In this document: piece after piece, positions 1 through 7,910 of the stretch
How the letters are laid out: every line of letters begins with the position of its first letter
Numbering within the stretch: the first letter of the stretch is position 1
Made by a program: the position numbers and the translations under genes
Assembly (NCBI GenBank): GCA_007133565.1
Contig: SLMM01000125.1
Location: forward strand, 6,716-70,715
DNA from: Bacteroidales bacterium
Lineage (GTDB): Bacteria > Bacteroidota > Bacteroidia > Bacteroidales > PUMT01
Direction of reading: 5' to 3'
Length of the DNA stretch: 64,000 nucleotides
Notes under the pieces: generated by a model
The model's database searches: none
Told to the model about the DNA's origin: nothing
The model's input: only the letters and a program-made list of their open reading frames with translations

Positions 1-432
1 GCCGGAAAACCAGTTGTTCTCGAGCATAACCGGGTCTTCACCTACAGTCCGGAGCCTTTCAAAGTGGATACAAGGACTTTGCCTTTCTGAATCGGTCAGG
101 GGAAAAGGAAAACCGGTTATCCATGGGCGTAGGGCTGGCTCCTGCAGGAAAATGGTGCTTACATTCCGGCCGACTGCCTCTGAGAAACCTTTAACATTGA
201 GCAGGCCTAGAGATTTTCTTCTTTCCCTGACAATGCTTCCTTTCCCTTTAATTCGCTCTATGAAACCCTCTTTCTGCAACTCCTCAAGTGCTTTTCTTGC
301 TGTTGTACGGGTGATGTTGAAGATGCTGCAAAGCTGGTTTTCAGAGGGCAGGTGATCACCCACCCCGTATGAACCTTGCTGGATCTTTGATTTGAGCATA
401 TTCTGGATTTTCCTGTACCTGGGTATATCCAT
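1..432 (-). CDS. GntR family (HutC-like) transcriptional regulator, partial; C-terminus runs off the left edge
   Basis: Reverse-strand translation from ATG (complement of 430-432) gives MDIPRYRKIQNMLKSKIQQGSYGVGDHLPSENQLCSIFNITRTTARKALEELQKEGFIERIKGKGSIV. This is a typical GntR winged-helix N-terminus, followed by UTRA-like sequence. The frame stays open to position 1 (144 codons). The gene is absent from the ORF track because it has no in-window stop. Confidence 0.8.
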   Translation of the reverse strand, partial: MDIPRYRKIQNMLKSKIQQGSYGVGDHLPSENQLCSIFNITRTTARKALEELQKEGFIERIKGKGSIVRERRKSLGLLNVKGFSEAVGRNVSTIFLQEPALRPWITGFPFPLTDSERQSPCIHFERLRTVGEDPVMLENNWFSG

Positions 433-473
433 TGATTTTTATCTCCTGTTCAGGGTAAATATATGAAAACATA

Positions 474-505
474 CTTGTACGTACAAGTTATTTGATTTAT
501 ATTTG
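474..505 (+). promoter_or_regulatory. Candidate Bacteroidota sigma-A promoter: CTTG (474-477), 20 nt spacer, TATATTTG (498-505)
   Basis: TATATTTG matches the TAnnTTTG -7 consensus about 95 nt upstream of the 600 ATG, in the divergent intergenic region. The -33 element is only a partial match. Confidence 0.3.
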
Positions 506-599
506 ATAATCGGATGCAATAATTCTTATTTATATATGAACAGGATCGCTGACTATATATGCGGGTTCCAAATCTCAATTTAACCTAAAAACTACCAAC

Positions 600-1475
600 A
601 TGAGAAATCTGTTTATTTGTTTTGCATTACCTGTATTTCTGTTAAGCAGCCTGGTGGCTGCCGGACAGGACGAACCGGAAGTTTCAGATGAGATTTTGCT
701 GGAGCTCTACAGGGGAGCCAGGGTTGCCGATGTTGTTGACGGAATGGCAACTGTCGGTTATACTGGCATCGGTGTGATGAACCCTGAAATCGCACCTCTA
801 TGGAAGGACGTTAAGGATATGAGCCACAGGTTTTCTGGAATCGCGGTAACGGTAAGGTACGGGCCGACAAACCGCCCCATGTATCCGGGGGCAGATCTTA
901 CAGACCCTGCCAATTACGAGGTATACCGGGAGTGGAGGGGCTACTGGTACTGGAGGATATCTGACGAGCCTTTCAGGGAGTATATAGAGCCGGGGACTGT
1001 AATCGTGATGGACAACAGAGATGATAACGATACCGGGTCTACAGGTTCGAAGAACATAATGGACTGGCAGGAGAGGGGTGCAGTCGGACTGGTGAGTGCG
1101 GGAGGGGTGCGGGATATTGATGAGATAATCCTGCAGAGAAATCCGGTCTATACCAACTATTTTGAGAGGGGCAGGGGAGAGCGGATCGGCAGGAATGAGG
1201 TGATTGATGTACAGAGGCCTGTGGTTGTGGGTGGAGTGCTTGTTCACCCGGGCGATGTGGTGGTTGCCGATTCTGACGGTGTTGTGGTGGTGCCCCGCAG
1301 GGTGGCTGTAAGGGTAGGTCAGATAGCCTACATGGAGCTTGTTGATGACATTCAGGGGCGCAGGGAACTTTATGAGAGGCTCGGGTATGAATTTGACGAA
1401 ACAGTTGAATTAAGGGAGGACCCTGCCGTATTCTTCAGGAGGCTGGGGCTGCCGCCTTATCCTAACAACCCGTAA
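600..1475 (+). CDS. RraA-family (RraA / HMG-CHA aldolase fold) protein with an N-terminal Sec signal peptide
   Basis: Segments VIVMDNRDDNDTGSTGS...GAVGLVSAGGVRDIDEI and HPGDVVVADSDGVVVVP match the RraA-like family pattern. The N-terminus MRNLFICFALPVFLLSSLVAAGQ is a classical signal peptide. Confidence 0.7.
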   Translation: MRNLFICFALPVFLLSSLVAAGQDEPEVSDEILLELYRGARVADVVDGMATVGYTGIGVMNPEIAPLWKDVKDMSHRFSGIAVTVRYGPTNRPMYPGADLTDPANYEVYREWRGYWYWRISDEPFREYIEPGTVIVMDNRDDNDTGSTGSKNIMDWQERGAVGLVSAGGVRDIDEIILQRNPVYTNYFERGRGERIGRNEVIDVQRPVVVGGVLVHPGDVVVADSDGVVVVPRRVAVRVGQIAYMELVDDIQGRRELYERLGYEFDETVELREDPAVFFRRLGLPPYPNNP

Positions 1476-1486
1476 TATTTCTGTTG

Positions 1487-3661
1487 CTATCTTGTTCTGA
1501 TGTAAACAGACGCTGCCGCGGCCCTGATCTTTTCGCCGGTCATAGCAATGAACCTTGCCAGGCTGTTCCTTTGCATCAGTCTTATTTCACGGTCTGTGTG
1601 CTTCTGCAGTTGCCTTATAAGTTTCAGGCTTCTGTCAAGGCCTCCCTCGCGGTTCCGGGCAAGCCACAGTCTCCGGTGCTCTTCGGTCACTGTACCGGAA
1701 AGCGAACGGATTTGCTGCAAAAGGTCAATGTTTTCGTCCGGGCTGTATTCACGCCGGTAAAGGATATATTTTTTAGTCAGCGCTCCAAGGTGGATCATCC
1801 TGACAGCATTTGTATATTCGTCAATTATCAGCTGTGCGTCGGGCCTGTCCATTTTTGTTTCTGAGAGTCTGTCTCTTAATCCTGACGTGTATTCGATAAC
1901 GGACCGGTAATCGTAGGGAGACGGCTCTTTGAACCTCGCCATGACTTTTTCGGCAAGTTCATGATCATAACCTATGAAATCAAAAAGCCCGACCTGTAGT
2001 TTAGCCTGGATGGCTTCAATCATCATCCTGTCAAGTATGCCAAACATATAGGCCATCATTGTGGTGGTCATATTCAGCATCTGGTACTCCTCGAACCGAT
2101 TATAACGGCCCATATCCAGCACAAGGTTGCCCATAATTCCCGATTTATCTTTGAAAACCAATTTGCTGAGGAAATTTGCCAGAGGCAGGCTTTCCCTGCT
2201 TTCATAATTCCAGCTCAGGGCTGCTCCGTAAACCATTGGCGCATAGCTTACAGGCCAGTACTGCCAGTGGCCCATATCTCCCCAGTCAGTCAGGAGCATT
2301 CCCCTTGCATTGTATTTAAGTCCGCTTCCCACAGCATTTGATATGTTTTCCATCATATTTCCTGTCCGCCCCGTTATGGAGGTCCACGAACTTGTGCCCG
2401 GAGCCACCATGAACTCCAGTCCCGCTTCCCGGTACCTGCGGCAGTTTTGTTCAAAAGGGTGCAGGGATTCATAACCCCATTCAATCAAAATGACGTCAGA
2501 CGGTATCTGCGGGATGATCTCCGGATGCCTTGTTACTATGTCGCCCCACATCATCATCCTTTTACCCCTGGAGCTGATGAAACTTTCAAGCTCCTTCACC
2601 CAGTCTATATAAAGCTTTCCCTCACCAATATCTTTTGCCAGGTTTTTGTTCCTGCACTTCCCTATCTCAAATGGCTCATCAAGGTTGGCATTAAAATATG
2701 GCGAACTGAACCATGGCAGCATGTCTTCGGTCATCTGCGTTACCAGTTCCATGCTGCGGTGATCCGAGACATTGAGAGTTGATTTAAAATCGATAAGCCC
2801 CATCAGTTTATAGCCATCGGGGCATTCGGCAAGATCAGAAAACTGTTCTGTGGCGAGCCATGCACTCATGTGGCCCAACGAGTTCTGGTTGGGTACAAGG
2901 TCAATGAACCTCTCTGCACAATACTTGTCCAGCAGAAGTATTTCCTCACCCGTAACAGGTGTTTCTTTGCCTTCCCAAAGCTCAGTGAATGATTCATAAC
3001 CAAATGAGAAGCCTTCGACATAAAGCTGAAGATGGTTGTATTTCATCATTGCCAGAAAATCTATAATCCTGTAAAGTGTTTCCATTGAAGGTATCTTGTC
3101 CCGGCTTATGTCAAGCATCACTCCCCTGACCTCCATGTCGGGCCAGTCGGTTATTTTCATTCCCGGGATATCACCTTCAGCCTGCTCAATTATCTGGCGC
3201 AGGGTTACAAGTGCATAGAAAAATCCCTGGTCATCACCGGCGGCTATTTCGATGCCGCCATTGTCAATTTTCATTGCATACCCCTGGGCTTGCAGCCCTG
3301 TTTCTTCAATAAATCTTATCCATGGCTGCCCACTCCCTTCAACGGGAAGATCCAGCTGGCTTTTTATCAGGCCTTCCAGCATCTCTCTTCTGCCCGGTTC
3401 GGAACTGAAGATTGCTGTGCCGGGGAGATTAAATGTGCTGGAGACAACTTCCAGGGTTTTCGGTACAGGAACCAGTACCAGGATGTTTTGCCCTGCCCCC
3501 GTAGTTTCACCTGTTTCAGTCCGCAGTCCGGCAGAACCCGGAAGCGGTGGCGGGGGGCTGTATTCTATATTGTACCAGATCAGCAGGGCGGCTCCTCCAA
3601 AAACCAAAAATATGACCAGGCCTGCTGCAACATATTTTATGACCAACAAGATTGTTTCCAT
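1487..3661 (-). CDS. Glycoside hydrolase family 20-like beta-N-acetylhexosaminidase, N-terminally membrane-anchored
   Basis: RGVMLDISRDKIPSMETLYRIIDFLAMMKYNHLQLYVE matches the GH20 catalytic-domain signature. A D-E pair is present in NANLDEPFEIG. The N-terminal hydrophobic helix is VIKYVAAGLVIFLVFGGAALLIW. Confidence 0.75.
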   Translation of the reverse strand: METILLVIKYVAAGLVIFLVFGGAALLIWYNIEYSPPPPLPGSAGLRTETGETTGAGQNILVLVPVPKTLEVVSSTFNLPGTAIFSSEPGRREMLEGLIKSQLDLPVEGSGQPWIRFIEETGLQAQGYAMKIDNGGIEIAAGDDQGFFYALVTLRQIIEQAEGDIPGMKITDWPDMEVRGVMLDISRDKIPSMETLYRIIDFLAMMKYNHLQLYVEGFSFGYESFTELWEGKETPVTGEEILLLDKYCAERFIDLVPNQNSLGHMSAWLATEQFSDLAECPDGYKLMGLIDFKSTLNVSDHRSMELVTQMTEDMLPWFSSPYFNANLDEPFEIGKCRNKNLAKDIGEGKLYIDWVKELESFISSRGKRMMMWGDIVTRHPEIIPQIPSDVILIEWGYESLHPFEQNCRRYREAGLEFMVAPGTSSWTSITGRTGNMMENISNAVGSGLKYNARGMLLTDWGDMGHWQYWPVSYAPMVYGAALSWNYESRESLPLANFLSKLVFKDKSGIMGNLVLDMGRYNRFEEYQMLNMTTTMMAYMFGILDRMMIEAIQAKLQVGLFDFIGYDHELAEKVMARFKEPSPYDYRSVIEYTSGLRDRLSETKMDRPDAQLIIDEYTNAVRMIHLGALTKKYILYRREYSPDENIDLLQQIRSLSGTVTEEHRRLWLARNREGGLDRSLKLIRQLQKHTDREIRLMQRNSLARFIAMTGEKIRAAAASVYIRTR

Positions 3662-3873
3662 ATCCTGATTTCGATTTTATTATCAAAAATATAAAACTAT
3701 AGGATTTGTGCCAGTTTTCATATCCGGGGAATATATTTTATAAAAAAATTTCATATACATTTGATTTTGTCAATGTGGCCGGCAACCTGGCAGCAATAAT
3801 TTTTAATTAACAGGAAGTGCTTTGTTATCAGTGTTAACCGGCATATGTTTCATGTCCTTATAAATAATACCTG

Positions 3874-4986
3874 ATGAGAATTGAAAGAGTTGAAGTATAT
3901 AAAGTCAGTATTAAGCTGAAAAAGCCTTTTGTTATATCACTAGGCCCGGTTACACATGCCGACAATATTTATTTGCGCATAAGGACTGATGAGGGGGTGT
4001 CAGGGTTCGGCGAATGCAGTCCCTCACTTACCATAAACGGCGAAAGTACAGGTACCTGCATCGATGTGGCCCAATACCTGGCCCGTGCCCTTATGGGACT
4101 GGATCCCCGCGATACGGGACGGTGTTCTGAAGTTATGGATTCGGTCATTTATGCAAATACCAGTATAAAAAGCGCTTTTGAAATAGCTTTGTATGACATC
4201 GCCTCACAGGCAAAAGGGGTGCCTTTATATGCATTCCTGGGTGGAAAGAATAACAGAAAACTTTATACGGATTACACTGTTTCGCTTTCCGGTGCTTCTG
4301 AGATGGCTGAAGAGGCCCTGGATATAAAAAAGAGAGGATTTCCCAGCATAAAGGTAAAACTTGGAGATAACAGGAGGAATGACGTGGAAAGGGTATTAAA
4401 AATCAGGGAAGCTGTGGGAAAAGATATTCCTCTGAGACTGGATGCTAATCAGGGCTGGGACAGGCTTACAGCCAAAGATGTTCTGAATGATCTGGCAGAT
4501 TTGAATATTCAGTATTGTGAGGAGCCAATTCCAAGGTGGGATTATATGTCACTTCCTGAAGTCCGGCAGGCAAGTCCCATCCCCCTTATGGCTGATGAAT
4601 CATGCCTTGACCACAATGATGCCAGACGTCTGATCGGGATGGATGCGTGCGATTATATAAATATAAAGCTCGGGAAGTCATCGGGATTAACCAAGGCTTC
4701 AAAGATTGCAGAACTTGCATCCGGTGCCGGAATGCTGATGATGGTGGGTGGTTTTATCGAAACACGCCTTGCATTTACTGCTTCAGCACATTTCTCTCTT
4801 TCATGTGAAAGTATTGTATTCAGCGACTTTGATTCTCCCCTTATGATGGAGCATGATCCGGTAACCGGAGGTATTGAATACGGGGGAGGGGGACTTGTAA
4901 CGGTTCCCGAAAAACCGGGACTCGGAGCCGCTGTCGATGATAGCTACCTGGAACAGCTTTCATGCGTGGTTATAGATAACTCCTGA
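3874..4986 (+). CDS. Dipeptide epimerase (L-Ala-D/L-Glu epimerase type), enolase superfamily
   Basis: N-terminal capping domain MRIERVEVYKVSIKLKKPFVISLG. The barrel motifs IKVKLG, LRLDANQGW, CEEP and MADES are typical MR/MLE-subgroup dipeptide epimerase metal and base positions. Confidence 0.8.
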   Translation: MRIERVEVYKVSIKLKKPFVISLGPVTHADNIYLRIRTDEGVSGFGECSPSLTINGESTGTCIDVAQYLARALMGLDPRDTGRCSEVMDSVIYANTSIKSAFEIALYDIASQAKGVPLYAFLGGKNNRKLYTDYTVSLSGASEMAEEALDIKKRGFPSIKVKLGDNRRNDVERVLKIREAVGKDIPLRLDANQGWDRLTAKDVLNDLADLNIQYCEEPIPRWDYMSLPEVRQASPIPLMADESCLDHNDARRLIGMDACDYINIKLGKSSGLTKASKIAELASGAGMLMMVGGFIETRLAFTASAHFSLSCESIVFSDFDSPLMMEHDPVTGGIEYGGGGLVTVPEKPGLGAAVDDSYLEQLSCVVIDNS

Positions 4987-5149
4987 ATTATTGCACTACA
5001 GCCTTTGTGATACATTGTATTACTTTGAAGTGGCCTTAAAATGCACTGGCATGATAGGGTATACCGCATATATGGCGGTCTTAATAATGCATAAGGATTT
5101 ACGGCGTTTCGATAAGTGCCGGAAATATATTACTGGAACAAGGTTAATC

Positions 5150-6391
5150 ATGGTAAAAGTTTTATTTGTAATTCTGCTGATTGCGCAACCGGAGGCCGTT
5201 AACGCCGTTTTAAAACAGGACGGTTATGCAGAAATCAACGGTATTGTAAAGGATGCCGTTACAGGGAGGCATGTTCCGTTTGCTTCAGTATGGATCACGG
5301 GAAGCCATACCGGTACTGTATCAAACATCGACGGGGTGTTTACACTCAAGATACCTGGCTTTTATAAAATGAACGAAATATCAATTTCTCATATAGGTTA
5401 CAAAAAAGCAGGTTTTCCCATAGATATGCCTGAATCCGGCTACAGAGAGTTTCATATTCAACCCCACCCGTTACCCATACAGGAATTGGTTATCAAGCCT
5501 ACCGATGCACGCTCCCTGGTTGTCAGGGCATTGAATAAGGTTGAGCAGAATTATCCCGGTGAACCCTGGAAACTTACCGGGTTTTACCGTGAAACTATAC
5601 GGCAGAGAAGGGATTACGTATCGATTACCGAAGCAGTGGTTGATATTTACAAAGCACCCTATGGTTGCAGCAAAGGCCGGGATATGGTCCGGATAGTAAA
5701 AGGCCGGAAGAGCGGTAATGTGAAAAGAGCTGATACTCTATTGGTGAAGTTGAGAGGGGGGCCTCATGTATCTATGCTTCTGGATATTGTGAAAAACCCT
5801 GAACTTCTGATCTCTACTGAAACTGTAAATTTGTACAGGTTCGAACTTACAGATATCATAAAGATTGATGAAACATCAAATTATGTGGTAAGTTTTTCTC
5901 CCGGGGCAGAAACCGCATATCCGCTGTACTACGGGAAGCTTTATATTTCAGTCGAGAGACTGGCAATAACTATGGCTGAGTTCAGCATGGATCTGAGCGA
6001 CAGTGAAAAGGCTGTACCCAGTTTTATTTTCAGGAAACCTGCAAGGCTGAGGTTCACACCGGTAAACACAAAATACCTGGTCAGTTATGTAGAGAAAGAG
6101 GGTAGCTACCATGTCAGTTATCTGAGGTATGAAATTGAGTTTATGGCGGACTGGCGAAGGAGGTTGTTTCGTACAGGTTATGCTATTGTATCCGAAATGG
6201 CAATTACTGAACGAAGCTCTGATAATGTTGTCAGATTTGCTGCGGATGAGGCAGTCAGGCCATCAGCCGTGATGGCCGACATGGTTCCTGTATATTTTGA
6301 TGAGGATTTCTGGGGCGAATATAATTATATTGAACCGGACAGGTCGGTTGAGGCTGCAATAAAAAGACTGAACCGGCAACTGGATTGGTAG
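5150..6391 (+). CDS. Secreted CarboxypepD_reg-like domain protein with an uncharacterised C-terminal domain (paralogue of 7911-9641)
   Basis: Signal peptide MVKVLFVILLIAQPEAVNA. The segment INGIVKDAVTGRHVPFASVWITGSHTGTVSNIDGVFTLKIP is CarboxypepD_reg-like. The C-terminal ~330 aa align by eye with 7911-9641. The start was moved from the track TTG at 4991 to the ATG at 5150 that precedes the signal peptide. Confidence 0.6.
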   Translation: MVKVLFVILLIAQPEAVNAVLKQDGYAEINGIVKDAVTGRHVPFASVWITGSHTGTVSNIDGVFTLKIPGFYKMNEISISHIGYKKAGFPIDMPESGYREFHIQPHPLPIQELVIKPTDARSLVVRALNKVEQNYPGEPWKLTGFYRETIRQRRDYVSITEAVVDIYKAPYGCSKGRDMVRIVKGRKSGNVKRADTLLVKLRGGPHVSMLLDIVKNPELLISTETVNLYRFELTDIIKIDETSNYVVSFSPGAETAYPLYYGKLYISVERLAITMAEFSMDLSDSEKAVPSFIFRKPARLRFTPVNTKYLVSYVEKEGSYHVSYLRYEIEFMADWRRRLFRTGYAIVSEMAITERSSDNVVRFAADEAVRPSAVMADMVPVYFDEDFWGEYNYIEPDRSVEAAIKRLNRQLDW

Positions 6392-6435
6392 TTGAGTTGA
6401 ATAGTTAGTATCTTTACAGCAGGAGGATCCGATGT

Positions 6436-7020
6436 ATGGCATTGAAATGGATCGATAGTCAGCGTAGAACAAGGAATGACGATATTTCTGCGTTTGAGAT
6501 GCTTTTCAGGAAGTACTATCCGCTTCTTGTCAGGTATTCCTGCACATTTACACATGATATGGATGCCGCCGAAGAGATAGTGCAGGATTTCTTTTTTAAC
6601 TTCTGGAAGAACAGGAAAGAGATAAATATAAAATTTTCTGTTAAATCATATTTCTACAGATCGGTAAGGAACAATACCCTGAAATACCTTGAGGCGCTTG
6701 AGGTCAGAAGAAAGTACGCGACAAGTGTTATTGAAGGCGCCAGGGAGGCCCCGGGTTATGAGCAAAGTGATGTGGAGCTTTCGGAACTTCATGAACTTAT
6801 TGAGGAGACGCTGGAACAAATGCCGGAAAGATGCAGTACAATTTTCAGGATGAGCCGGTTCGGGGGACTGAAATATGAGGAGATTGCCGGCGAATTGTCG
6901 GTGTCAGTCAAGACGGTTGAGGCCAACATGGGTAAAGCCCTGAAAATGCTCAGGGAGAAGCTGGGCAGATACTATAATTCCGTTGCCAGGTTGGAAAATT
7001 CACGTAAATACAATAATTAA
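6436..7020 (+). CDS. RNA polymerase ECF-type sigma-70 factor (Bacteroides-type)
   Basis: Region 2 (FEMLFRKYYPLLVRYSCTFTHDMDAAEEIVQDFFFNFW) and the region 4 HTH (LKYEEIAGELSVSVKTVEANMGKALKML) are present. The gene sits immediately upstream of a FecR gene. Confidence 0.85.
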   Translation: MALKWIDSQRRTRNDDISAFEMLFRKYYPLLVRYSCTFTHDMDAAEEIVQDFFFNFWKNRKEINIKFSVKSYFYRSVRNNTLKYLEALEVRRKYATSVIEGAREAPGYEQSDVELSELHELIEETLEQMPERCSTIFRMSRFGGLKYEEIAGELSVSVKTVEANMGKALKMLREKLGRYYNSVARLENSRKYNN

Positions 7021-7041
7021 CACCATAATACCATTATTATC

Positions 7042-7899
7042 ATGGAATCGATTAGAACATACAGGGATGTTGATGTTGACCGGGCATGGGGCCGGGTACA
7101 CGGGCGGCTTGATAAAGAGGGCCTTATTCCTGATCAGGATGCCGTTGTAAGGATAATGCCGCTTTCGCGGATAGTCTCTGTAGCAGCTGTATTGGTTGCA
7201 CTGGTATCGTTCGGGGGCCTGGGGTATTTTTTATTGCCTGAGTTGCGTTCGCCCCGGTTGATGACACTGCAGACCGGAACAGGTAATCACACTTTGGTGC
7301 AAACTTTCAGTGACGGTAGTGTAGTTTATATGGCTGGAAATTCATATATCAGCTATCCTGACAGGTTTGCCAAAGATCAGCGTAAGGTTAACTTTTTGGG
7401 AGAGGCATTCTTCGATATAGTTGACAAGAGGGAACAACCGTTTTTAATCGGAGCCGGGAGCGCAGTGATAGAGGTTATGGGGACTGCGTTCAATCTGAGA
7501 TCAGATGAAACCGGGTTTGAACTGATTGTCGAGGAGGGCTCGGTCAGGGTAAGCCTTAACGATCTCCCCGGGTATTACCAAATAGTTGGCGAATGGGAAA
7601 TGCTCACGGGTAAGGCCGGCATTATGGAAAAGTCTCCGGTTATAGACCGTACTTACCTGTCATGGAGAATGAACAGGATGCAGTTCAGAGATGAAAAGCT
7701 TGAAAATATAGCCTCGGTTCTGAACAAGAATTATGATCTGCAGATCTATTTCGAAAATGATGCAATCAGGGAGAGAAGGCTGACGGTAACCTTTTTTGAA
7801 AACGACGTTGAGACCATTGCTGAGATAATAGCTTTCGGGCTGGGGCTCGATTTTGAAATACTGGAAGACCCGGGAATTCTTTTCAGTGACAGAAACTGA
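7042..7899 (+). CDS. FecR-family anti-sigma factor / transmembrane sensor
   Basis: Short cytoplasmic N-terminus, a single TM helix (VSVAAVLVALVSFGGLGYFLL) and a FecR domain (GEAFFDIVDKREQPFLIGAGSAVIEVMGTAFNL). Confidence 0.85.
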   Translation: MESIRTYRDVDVDRAWGRVHGRLDKEGLIPDQDAVVRIMPLSRIVSVAAVLVALVSFGGLGYFLLPELRSPRLMTLQTGTGNHTLVQTFSDGSVVYMAGNSYISYPDRFAKDQRKVNFLGEAFFDIVDKREQPFLIGAGSAVIEVMGTAFNLRSDETGFELIVEEGSVRVSLNDLPGYYQIVGEWEMLTGKAGIMEKSPVIDRTYLSWRMNRMQFRDEKLENIASVLNKNYDLQIYFENDAIRERRLTVTFFENDVETIAEIIAFGLGLDFEILEDPGILFSDRN

Positions 7900-7910
7900 G
7901 ATTGACAACA

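Noticed and set aside
14-355. 113-aa plus-strand ORF at the left edge
   Set aside because: It is a shadow of the minus-strand GntR/HutC regulator (1-432), which has a clear winged-helix motif. The plus-strand translation is low-complexity with no recognisable motif.
4991-5149. 53-codon N-terminal extension of the CarboxypepD_reg protein from a TTG start
   Set aside because: The extension (MHYSLCDTLYYFEVALKC...) precedes an ATG followed immediately by a good signal peptide. The shorter model at 5150 is more plausible.
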